From Candidatus Heimdallarchaeota archaeon (GTDB taxonomy: Archaea > Asgardarchaeota > Heimdallarchaeia > Heimdallarchaeales > Heimdallarchaeaceae): a DNA stretch of 17,391 bases. The DNA lies in assembly GCA_021399395.1 (NCBI GenBank), contig JAAFKJ010000133.1, positions 1-17,391 of the forward strand. The letters are read 5' to 3'. How positions within the stretch are numbered: position 1 is the stretch's first letter; each line of letters starts with the position of its first letter. This document shows positions 9,165-16,777 of the stretch, piece after piece. A program made the translations under genes and the position numbers. The notes under the pieces were generated by a model that worked only from the letters and a program-made list of their open reading frames with translations, did no database searches and had not been told where the DNA came from.

Positions 9165-9318
9165 GTATTACTCTGCATAGATGCTATTTTGAACCTTTTT
9201 GTCGGGAAGACATTTGATTTTTGTGCTTTTGCAAAAAATAATTCCTATTTCTTGAGAAATCAAGCACTCTAATGAACATTAACTAAAAGAATATTAAGTT
9301 CGTAACTATAGAACAAAT

Positions 9319-10191
9319 GTGACTAATTCATTTTCAATTGTTTTAGATTCTCCATCTGACTTCCCTAGAGAACTGGAAAGTAAGTATGATATATTCATTG
9401 TCCCTTCAAGAGTACACATAGGTGACAAAACCTACAAGGATAGATTAGGAATTACTCGAAAAACACTCTTTCATGAACTTGAGCGCGCAAAAAAAGACAT
9501 TTCAACCACTGAAGCACCTACTAAAGATTTTATTGAGACTTTTGATAAAGCGATGGAAGTTTCTGATCATGTTCTATATCTTGGGATCAGTCACAAATTA
9601 AGCAAATCTTTTCAGAATGCAACGATAGCTGCTCGAAAGTATAGAGGTAGAATTACACTCATCAACACCTTATCTATTTCTCACGGAGTAACATTAATGG
9701 CTCATCATGCTTTACTGAGAAGAGAACAAGGTATGGAACTAGTTCCACTTGTTCAAGAGTTAAATGAAATGATTAGAGATACCCGAATGTATGTATTAGT
9801 TGAAAACCTCAAATATTTATACAAAGGAGGAAGAATCGGGAGAGCTCAACAAACCATAGGATCTTTGTTGAATATAAATCCTCTTTTACATCTTGTTGAT
9901 GGGGAACTAGATGCTTTGATGAGTATCAGAGGAACAAAAGCTAGTTATGCAGCTATATGTGAAAAGATTTCTGAACATGCTGAAGAGTTTGAAAATTTCG
10001 TATTAGCTGGATCATTTGGAAAAGAAAATGAAAAATTCCAGGAACTATCAAGTTCTCTCAAAGAGGAGTTAAATCCTTTGTACTACTGCTATGATGCTAT
10101 AGGTCCAGCAGTTTTAAGTAATGTTGGTCCAAAGGTAGAAGCTCTTTTCATAACCAAAATTCCAGATAACGTAGTTGAAGCATACAGATGA
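9319..10191 (+). CDS. degV: DegV family protein (second paralog)
   Basis: VLDSPSD, STTEAP, GISHKLSKS, YLYKGGRIG, NPLL, NVGP. Confidence 0.93.
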   Translation: MTNSFSIVLDSPSDFPRELESKYDIFIVPSRVHIGDKTYKDRLGITRKTLFHELERAKKDISTTEAPTKDFIETFDKAMEVSDHVLYLGISHKLSKSFQNATIAARKYRGRITLINTLSISHGVTLMAHHALLRREQGMELVPLVQELNEMIRDTRMYVLVENLKYLYKGGRIGRAQQTIGSLLNINPLLHLVDGELDALMSIRGTKASYAAICEKISEHAEEFENFVLAGSFGKENEKFQELSSSLKEELNPLYYCYDAIGPAVLSNVGPKVEALFITKIPDNVVEAYR

Positions 10192-10198
10192 ATTTTTT

Positions 10199-11017
10199 CT
10201 ACTCCTTTGTAGCTTTGATAGAATAAATCATAGGTACATTGTACTTATCATCTCTGAATTTCCATATTCCTTTCTCCACTTCCTCTACAAATGGGAATTG
10301 AGGAAACAGTGTATAGGGATACTCTTTCACAGATTTTATGGTTAAACCTTCGTTGATAAGAGCTGTAATTATATCTCCAAAAGTATGTTGCCATTCATAG
10401 GTTTCAACATTTTTGATGGTTTCATCTTGGTCAGTGTAAGTGTATTCTGAAGTAAAGTGAAGAGGTTCCTTTCCTTGGAAATATGGATATCTATAGACAA
10501 GTTCAGATTTATTCTCATCATCAAAAATCCACATAAAAGGATGAAACTCTGCAATAAAGAAAGTTCCACCTTTCTTCACATATCGAGCAACTATCTTAGC
10601 CCATTTGTCTAAATCAGGTAGCCAAACTAAAACACCATAAGAAGTAAAAACTATATCGAATTCCTCTTCTAGAACATCAGGTAGGTCATAAATATTTGAA
10701 CAGATGAATTCAGCAGGAAGTTTCAATTCTTCATTGATTGAGTTAGCTAAATCTATAGCAACATTTGAGAAATCTATTCCTACTACTCTAGATGCACCCA
10801 TTCTTGCCCAAGATAGAGTGTCCATTCCAAATTGACATTGTAAATGAAGCAGAGTTTTACCCTTAACATCGGTTAGTTCATTGAGTTCAATTTCATGGAG
10901 ACTATTACGTCCTTTCATAAAACTCTCAAGATCATATTCGTCCGACTTTGCATGAATAGCAGATGTTTCATTCCACCTATCTAGATTCTTTTTCATAAAT
11001 TCATCCATTTTACTCAT
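10199..11017 (-). CDS. Class I SAM-dependent methyltransferase
   Basis: LLHLQCQFGMD (motif I variant), GIDFS, FDIVFTSYGVLVWLPDL, GGTFFIAEFHP. Confidence 0.93.
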   Translation of the reverse strand: MSKMDEFMKKNLDRWNETSAIHAKSDEYDLESFMKGRNSLHEIELNELTDVKGKTLLHLQCQFGMDTLSWARMGASRVVGIDFSNVAIDLANSINEELKLPAEFICSNIYDLPDVLEEEFDIVFTSYGVLVWLPDLDKWAKIVARYVKKGGTFFIAEFHPFMWIFDDENKSELVYRYPYFQGKEPLHFTSEYTYTDQDETIKNVETYEWQHTFGDIITALINEGLTIKSVKEYPYTLFPQFPFVEEVEKGIWKFRDDKYNVPMIYSIKATKE

Positions 11018-11083
11018 TTTTCAAACAAAGTATCATCTTAAAATTCTATCTTTTATAAACAAAAAATAAAAAGAAAAAAGAGA

Positions 11084-11878
11084 TTAGTCTTTAGGAAGTT
11101 TAACTTCTCTTGTTGCAGGATTGAAATCTATTACATCCAATTCTTCTAAGTTTAAAAGAGAGGATCTTATTACAACGGCTGTTGAATCAATAAGTCCGGA
11201 TAGTTCATCTATAGACATACTCTTGGGGTGTGCAGCCATCAAAGCGAGGAAGATTTTGCCTTGTTCGGTTGAATTTAAAATCCTTCGTACACCTTCATTT
11301 TGTGCCATAACTGGCTCTTCTTTTGATTTAAATTCAGTATACTCTTTTTCAACGGAACCTAATTTTTGTTTCAATTCCTTCTCAAGTGTCCTTGTTTGGT
11401 CATATTTAACTTGAAGTGCATCAAAATTAGCTTTAATCTTTGCCATCTGATTTACGGAATCTTTCAATTCTTTCTCTTTATTCTTAAGAGTGCTATCTTT
11501 CTCTTTTATGAGAACGTCTTTCTCCCTTACCTGACCACGGAGTTTTTCCAGCAACTCATCTTTTTCTGCTACTTTCTCAAGCTCTTCTTCTAGTTGCTCT
11601 TTGAAATTATTGAATTCACCAATTGTTTGTTGCAGTAAGTCATCTTGTTCCTCAAGTTTTTCTTCAAAACTAGTTTTTAACCCTTTAACCTCTAGGTTTG
11701 TACTTTTAACTAGGTTATCAAAGTCCTTGGAAGTTGTTTCTAATTTCTCAACTCTCATGTCTTTCTGCTTCTTTTCATCATTCATGAATTTCTCAAGAGT
11801 TCGAATTTTTGATTCTAAATTCTTCAGATCCAGAGTAAGTTCTTCATTACTTTTTTTCTTGACCATTATGATCACCAA
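11084..11878 (-). CDS. Long coiled-coil protein with C-terminal winged helix
   Basis: About 180 aa of E/K-rich heptads, then GKIFLALMAAHPKSMSIDELSGLIDSTAVVIRSSLLNLEELDVIDF (wHTH pattern). Start may be the internal ATG (MVKKK). Confidence 0.85.
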   Translation of the reverse strand: MVIIMVKKKSNEELTLDLKNLESKIRTLEKFMNDEKKQKDMRVEKLETTSKDFDNLVKSTNLEVKGLKTSFEEKLEEQDDLLQQTIGEFNNFKEQLEEELEKVAEKDELLEKLRGQVREKDVLIKEKDSTLKNKEKELKDSVNQMAKIKANFDALQVKYDQTRTLEKELKQKLGSVEKEYTEFKSKEEPVMAQNEGVRRILNSTEQGKIFLALMAAHPKSMSIDELSGLIDSTAVVIRSSLLNLEELDVIDFNPATREVKLPKD

Positions 11879-11939
11879 TAATTATACAATATAAGAAATA
11901 GAATGATGAACATTAAAAATTATCTATAGTGAAAAAGAA

Positions 11940-12728
11940 TTATGTGGATTTAACTTTTTTTCCTACAGGAGCCAAATACACGGTAAACTCATCCTCTCCA
12001 TCAACACCAATTATCTCATCAGCGATTTCTTGATTGTAAGCAGCAATTGCGCAAGTACCAAGATTAAGAGCCTCACATGCTAAATACAAGTTTTGACAAA
12101 TATGTCCAGCTTCTATACCTATCACCTTAAAGGACTGGATTGAGTAACGCCATTCCATTCTATATGGAAGTGTAACAAAGAAGAATATTACGGAACCTTT
12201 CAGGATAAATGGTTGAAGGATCATTTCTTCTAATGTTTCTTGTTCAATCTCTTTCTTAGATTTGATGAACAGAAGTTTATGCTCAATTGCCAAATATCGA
12301 TAGATACCTGGTGATAAACCTGTAACATTGTTTACCAAAATATATATCTCATAAGGGTGTCTTGCACCTCCGGATGGTACGGTTCTTTTTGTACCCGAAC
12401 CATGATGCTTAGTGACTTCATGAACACCATCACTAGCCCACAGGAGATAAGATAGTTCTTCTAGAGAAAGAGATTCATCTGTGTATGCACGATGACTTCG
12501 TCTATCTAGAAGTGACTGAAAGAGGGTATGGTCTGTACCTACACTGAAATCATCTACATTGACTAGGTCAACTAGCTCAGCATCTTCAGGATATTGTTTT
12601 TGCAGAGGTGGGTTGGTTACCTTCTTCTGTTGATCTGTTTGAAAGCCTTCTGGAAAAATTTCAAGATCATCATCAAAGACTCTGAGTAGTCTCCTATATT
12701 TGAGAATTAAATCTCTATCAACTGACAT
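11940..12728 (-). CDS. SagB/ThcOx-type nitroreductase-family FMN enzyme
   Basis: RRSHRAY, LSYLLWA, RTVPSGGARHP, EAGHICQNLYL, LGTCAIAAY. Confidence 0.93.
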   Translation of the reverse strand: MSVDRDLILKYRRLLRVFDDDLEIFPEGFQTDQQKKVTNPPLQKQYPEDAELVDLVNVDDFSVGTDHTLFQSLLDRRSHRAYTDESLSLEELSYLLWASDGVHEVTKHHGSGTKRTVPSGGARHPYEIYILVNNVTGLSPGIYRYLAIEHKLLFIKSKKEIEQETLEEMILQPFILKGSVIFFFVTLPYRMEWRYSIQSFKVIGIEAGHICQNLYLACEALNLGTCAIAAYNQEIADEIIGVDGEDEFTVYLAPVGKKVKST

Positions 12729-12838
12729 GAGATAACTAATCGATTAAAATTTTTAAGTCTACTCCACATAAGAGAAAAGGAAAAAAGAAAAAAAAGGAGA
12801 GCAATCATAAGGAAAAAAAGGGGGTAGTAACTTCGCGG

Positions 12839-13102
12839 TTAAAATTGTATTCCTACTACCCTAGACTTTAATTCCAAAGCTTGATTCTTTTCTTTTTCCA
12901 GATCGTTCTTGATCAAATAATTCTGATACAATTTATTTGCTGAACATTTATTGTCACTATATTGACATTCGAATAGTGTATCTGCCATCTGATCAATCAA
13001 GCTGAGGAGTTCTTCCTCTTTCTCAATATCATAGTGCTTGAGTTCAGCTATATTTTTGAAGGATCTTTTGAAGATGTTTTTATATTCTGATTTGAGTGTC
13101 AT
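12839..13102 (-). CDS. 87-aa helical hypothetical protein (tandem paralog A)
   Basis: GAGGTG SD upstream. 25/87 ungapped identities to 13211..13474 by hand count. Confidence 0.85.
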   Translation of the reverse strand: MTLKSEYKNIFKRSFKNIAELKHYDIEKEEELLSLIDQMADTLFECQYSDNKCSANKLYQNYLIKNDLEKEKNQALELKSRVVGIQF

Positions 13103-13154
13103 TTCACTACCACCTCTAGTTCTATCTTATATTCCGTATTTATTATACAATGCA

Positions 13155-13177
13155 CACAACTTGTTGTCACAACTTGT
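13155..13177. promoter_or_regulatory. Direct repeat of a quasi-palindromic box (CACAACTTGT x2)
   Basis: Copies at 13155-13164 and 13168-13177, directly upstream of the TATA-like box (about 13139-13147) of 12839..13102. Confidence 0.6.
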
Positions 13178-13210
13178 GTTATTCATACTAAAAGAAAACA
13201 ATATGATAAG

Positions 13211-13474
13211 TTAAAGAAAAGAACCCTTGTGCAGAAGTAGACTAGTCATGTTTTTGTTTCTCTCTTCAGAGAAAGCTTGATGGAGGAGATGCTGCTCGTA
13301 AATGTGATGATCAGCAGAATACTCGCTGGCTAAGTTGTAATTAAACATGTTCTCTGCAACCTGTGTCAATAGTTGAAACAAGTTCTCTTCTTCAACAAAT
13401 TCATATTTGTACAGTTCCTTTAGAGCCTTGAAACTTCTTATTATCTCATTTTTTTGTTCCACTTTCAATACCAC
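13211..13474 (-). CDS. 87-aa helical hypothetical protein (tandem paralog B)
   Basis: GGTGA SD and GTG start. Same length as paralog A, sharing LKxExKN, RSFK, EL, EExL. Confidence 0.85.
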   Translation of the reverse strand: MVLKVEQKNEIIRSFKALKELYKYEFVEEENLFQLLTQVAENMFNYNLASEYSADHHIYEQHLLHQAFSEERNKNMTSLLLHKGSFL

Positions 13475-13514
13475 TTTTTTTCACCGAGATTATTTTTTGT
13501 ATTTTTTAGAGGTT

Positions 13515-13617
13515 TTCTCATCCTCTGAGAACATCTTCCCAGAAGTATATATAAAGTTTTCTTATTCCGTGAGAATAATAAGTCATATCATTAGAATGCT
13601 TTCTTTGTCTCACAGAA
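13515..13617. promoter_or_regulatory. Three TTCT-N9-AGAA palindromic sites in a divergent promoter
   Basis: 13515-13531, 13559-13575 and 13601-13617 (spacing 44 and 42 bp), interleaved with TATA boxes at about 13546-13556 and 13620-13629. Confidence 0.65.
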
Positions 13618-13664
13618 ACATATATATATGTTTGAAAGTTAAAACCAATAGGTGAAGAAGTAAT

Positions 13665-14495
13665 ATGAGCGAACCAGAGCCACAAGACGTAATAACCTAC
13701 GAACAAAAAACTGTAGAAATTGTTAAAGAGAGGGAAAAAGTTGAAATGTTTTATGATCAAGGATACTGGCCCATTCTGGTTATTTTGCGAGATGGACATT
13801 TAACAGTCAGAGAGATGACTGAGAAATCTAATATTCTTATAGAGAAGAAGGTTAAACCACAATTAGATAAGAAATTTAAAGATTATCAAGTAACTAAGGA
13901 AAAATTCGAAGAGTTATTCAAAAAAGCATCTACGTTTACTGAAGAGGAGAAAAAGAGTTTAAGAGAGAAGAAAACCTTATCTGATTCTGATGTAAAACTT
14001 GTAATTGATAGAATTAAAGAATATAAGCTGAGCAAAGAGCAGAAATCTGAGAAGACCATTTATCGATATGTAAAGGATTTAACTCAAGCCGAGCTTATTG
14101 TTGCAGCAGGACAAAGAGTTGTAATCGGTAAAACTGCAACTGAAACGCTTTACACTAGGAAAGCTAAAATTTTCATTCTTCGTCAGCACTCAGATGACAC
14201 TTGGAAATGTGAAGAATGCAAATCCACACTTGGAAAAGTTGGTAAGATGATAGCATTATCACTGCAAATCAAACAACCAAAAGTAGAATGTCTTGCTAAA
14301 TTAATGTCAACTATTGATATGTACCATGAAGATGAACAAATCAGATTATTTGAACAATATGATGATGAAATAAAGGAAATTATAAAAGATTGTTCTTTTA
14401 AAGAAACCAATCACCTTTTAGCAACGTTCAGAACCATCTATATGTTACTTAAAGCTGATGAATTTAAAGATGAAATGAAAGAATGCTTTGAATAA
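13665..14495 (+). CDS. ArsR-like winged-helix regulator with large insertion and helical C-terminal domain
   Basis: ILVILRDGHLTVREM...KTIYRYVKDLTQAELI...ETLYTRKAKIF. AGGTGA SD. Confidence 0.88.
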   Translation: MSEPEPQDVITYEQKTVEIVKEREKVEMFYDQGYWPILVILRDGHLTVREMTEKSNILIEKKVKPQLDKKFKDYQVTKEKFEELFKKASTFTEEEKKSLREKKTLSDSDVKLVIDRIKEYKLSKEQKSEKTIYRYVKDLTQAELIVAAGQRVVIGKTATETLYTRKAKIFILRQHSDDTWKCEECKSTLGKVGKMIALSLQIKQPKVECLAKLMSTIDMYHEDEQIRLFEQYDDEIKEIIKDCSFKETNHLLATFRTIYMLLKADEFKDEMKECFE

Positions 14496-14569
14496 ACACT
14501 CATTTTACACCTTTCTTTCTTATTTTGAGACAAACTTTTAAGAAATAGTTTCAATGTATTCTTTGTAAC

Positions 14570-15253
14570 ATGGAATACAGAGATTTTCCAGATCCTGAGT
14601 TTAAACCGGATGGGATAAGAACAGTTAGAGACCCAAAGGTAATAGAGTATTTTGAAGACGAGAATTTCTCAATCATTCTCAATGTTTTAAGAGAAAAACC
14701 CATGACAGTTAAAGAATTAACAAAAAGATATAATGAGTATGTTACTGAAAGAGGTACTAGTAAACGTTTACCTCAAGAACGTATTCTGGAAAGACTCCGA
14801 ACTGATAAAACCATGTATAGATATATCAAAGAGTTGACTAAAGCAAAACTTATTGCACCAGCTGGTCAGAGGATGGTAATTGGTAAAACAGCAACAGAAG
14901 TCTTGTATTCTAGATCAGCTAAAATCTTCTATGTAAGTCAAGAAGCACTTGATTGGTGGTTAGGCGATGAGGGAAGAAGAACCGTTGTTGCTGTTGGAGG
15001 TTTATTGGGTATAGCTCTAAACAAACCTAGTCCCCCCACAGAGTGCCTTACACAATTAATATCCCGAATTTTGGGGGATAATGAAGAAAAAATGTTCAAA
15101 CTTTTCGAAGAAAAACAGGAAGAAGTTACTAAATTCATTTACACACTAGAAGGGAGAGAAACAGATAGAGCTATCTATATTATGAATATAATACTTGCAC
15201 TAATCAATGTTGAAAAATACAAGAAAGAGTTAGATGAATGCCTTGGAATCTAA
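14570..15253 (+). CDS. ArsR-like winged-helix regulator (tandem paralog)
   Basis: ILNVLREKPMTVKEL...KTMYRYIKELTKAKLI. Wing AGQRxVIGKTATExLY is nearly identical to the neighbour's. Confidence 0.9.
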   Translation: MEYRDFPDPEFKPDGIRTVRDPKVIEYFEDENFSIILNVLREKPMTVKELTKRYNEYVTERGTSKRLPQERILERLRTDKTMYRYIKELTKAKLIAPAGQRMVIGKTATEVLYSRSAKIFYVSQEALDWWLGDEGRRTVVAVGGLLGIALNKPSPPTECLTQLISRILGDNEEKMFKLFEEKQEEVTKFIYTLEGRETDRAIYIMNIILALINVEKYKKELDECLGI

Positions 15254-15316
15254 CCCTAACTTTAGTTTTTTCACGAGGTAAATATATATGACATGAATTT
15301 TGTACAAATTCTTTAG

Positions 15317-15462
15317 AAGTGTCTAAGACACATCATGGGGAAGTCACATCCCCTCCTACACCGCCCACATCTTATTAAAAAATGCTTACGGGTCGCTTTT
15401 TACTGTTTGTTGGATGTAACCTCGAGGATCACCATGAAGCTGGTGCATAGTTACAATCCTTC
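15317..15462 (-). ncRNA. Candidate structured non-coding RNA (multi-hairpin, H/ACA-like, antisense to 16S rRNA)
   Basis: GC-enriched island with three hairpins. TTTAAATA box 25 nt upstream (15484-15491). ACA follows hairpins 1 and 3. G-U pairs favour the minus strand. Boundaries approximate. Confidence 0.5.
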
Positions 15463-15541
15463 AATAGATACTCTACACTGGCTTATTTAAACACCAAAAA
15501 TGTACAAAAACCTCTTATACTAGTATCATCTAGCCTTTCTG

Positions 15542-15865
15542 ATGACAGAAATAGCCTATCACCTTCGATGCGACTGTAAGAAAGCAGTTAATGCCTGTTC
15601 CTGTCCAGTTGGATTACTCAAACCAACGACTAAACACAATTATGATTATTATCATTGTTCTCATTGTGATTTCGACTATATCTGTGATCATTCAATAAAA
15701 ATCAAATTTGATTATGATGAACAGGGTTTACCTGAACAAAACCAGATTGTATGTAGTAGATGTGGGTCACAATTAGAAGTTTATTTATGGCCAAAACAAC
15801 CTGAAGAATTAGAAGAAGGGGCTTACGGCACCAAATATGTGAGTATCTATAAAAGAAATTACTAA
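15542..15865 (+). CDS. Small Cys/His-rich putative zinc-binding protein (paralog of 954..1211)
   Basis: Same 8 Cys + 2 His spacing plus a 22-aa tail. TATA-like CTTATA about 25 nt upstream, consistent with a leaderless transcript. Confidence 0.87.
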   Translation: MTEIAYHLRCDCKKAVNACSCPVGLLKPTTKHNYDYYHCSHCDFDYICDHSIKIKFDYDEQGLPEQNQIVCSRCGSQLEVYLWPKQPEELEEGAYGTKYVSIYKRNY

Positions 15866-16101
15866 TTCTAATTCAAAATGTAATTCAAGGAGGTTATTTT
15901 ACTTACATTTTGTTTATAAACAAGGTAAATATCTTAAGAACCGATATTTCGTTCAATATTTTACATAAAACTCATGAAATAACCGACATAAATCATTTGA
16001 TAATGTTTATCTACCAATTAGCTGGAACATTTGTAAAATTTCCAGTTTCTTTTTTATCCTTTTACTCAATTCTTAAAAGGAATAACAGATATTGTTATTT
16101 A

Positions 16102-16710
16102 ATGAAAAGAGGTATTGCTTATTTATTGGTCGTCTGTGGTTTAGTTCTACTTGTAACAAATTCCACCTTAGCGGAAGCTGAAAGCATAGCAGTTGAAATG
16201 AATTTGGATATCACTGATTCTTTCTATACTAATTTAGAGAGCAATAAGAATTTACCAGAGGATGATATTGTTACTGAATTCGAGATAAATTTGTTCATCA
16301 ATAAATACGAAATTCATGATGAGTATGATGATGATGAGTATGATGATGATGATGATGAGTATGATGAGTATGATGATGATGAGTATGATGAGTATGATGA
16401 TGATGAGTATGATGATGATGAGGATAGGATTTCAGTATATGATGCCGTATTTAAAGTATATCTTAAAGTAAGTTTAGTCTTACCTTCAGGTTATGCGTAT
16501 GGATATTCACTAGGAGTGTATATTGGTTTAAAGACAACAGATTTTACAATTCACTTCTACAATCATGCAACAGAATCTGGATGGTATACCGTATCTATTT
16601 GGGCATACTTAGACTGGTTTGAAATTTCCGCTTACGATGAACTTATCTTTGATCCACCAGGTGGATCAGGAGAAACTGATCCTCCAGAAATAGCAATTTT
16701 TGCTAGATGA
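16102..16710 (+). CDS. Secreted protein with acidic Asp/Glu/Tyr repeat
   Basis: The ATG at 16102 gives a signal peptide (MKRGIAYLLVVCGLVLLVTNSTLAEA). Beta-rich body and C-terminal DPPGGSGETDPP. Confidence 0.85.
   Translation: MKRGIAYLLVVCGLVLLVTNSTLAEAESIAVEMNLDITDSFYTNLESNKNLPEDDIVTEFEINLFINKYEIHDEYDDDEYDDDDDEYDEYDDDEYDEYDDDEYDDDEDRISVYDAVFKVYLKVSLVLPSGYAYGYSLGVYIGLKTTDFTIHFYNHATESGWYTVSIWAYLDWFEISAYDELIFDPPGGSGETDPPEIAIFAR
16318..16425 (+). repeat. In-frame (GAT)n-GAG-TAT tandem repeat, 36 codons
   Basis: Only GAT, GAG and TAT codons. Seven EY units separated by 1, 3 or 5 Asp. Confidence 0.95.
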
Positions 16711-16777
16711 GACGATACAATAATAAATATTAAAAGAATGATTATATAGTAAGTTAATTAATAAGTGAGGTTGAAAA

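Noticed and set aside
11940-12728. RiPP/azole biosynthesis cluster around SagB
   Set aside because: No YcaO, E1-like protein or precursor peptide nearby. Stand-alone SagB-type enzymes are common.
15330-15375. C/D-box guide for Cm1402
   Set aside because: Boxes are degenerate with no CUGA, and the +5 rule would point to C1400 rather than C1402.
15419-15425. ACCTCGA match to the 23S segment before U2504, 15 nt from an ACA
   Set aside because: Only 7 nt. The partner guide arm is poor and would require unfolding hairpin 1.
15335-15490. 51-codon + strand ORF (MGKSHPLLHRPHL...)
   Set aside because: No SD or recognisable motif, and it overlaps the structured element exactly. Kept only as an alternative explanation.
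15910-16101. N-terminal 64 aa of the 266-aa ORF
   Set aside because: TTG start in intergenic-like sequence. The signal peptide begins at 16102.
16318-16425. CRISPR array
   Set aside because: In-frame trinucleotide-based repeat with no unique spacers and no cas genes.
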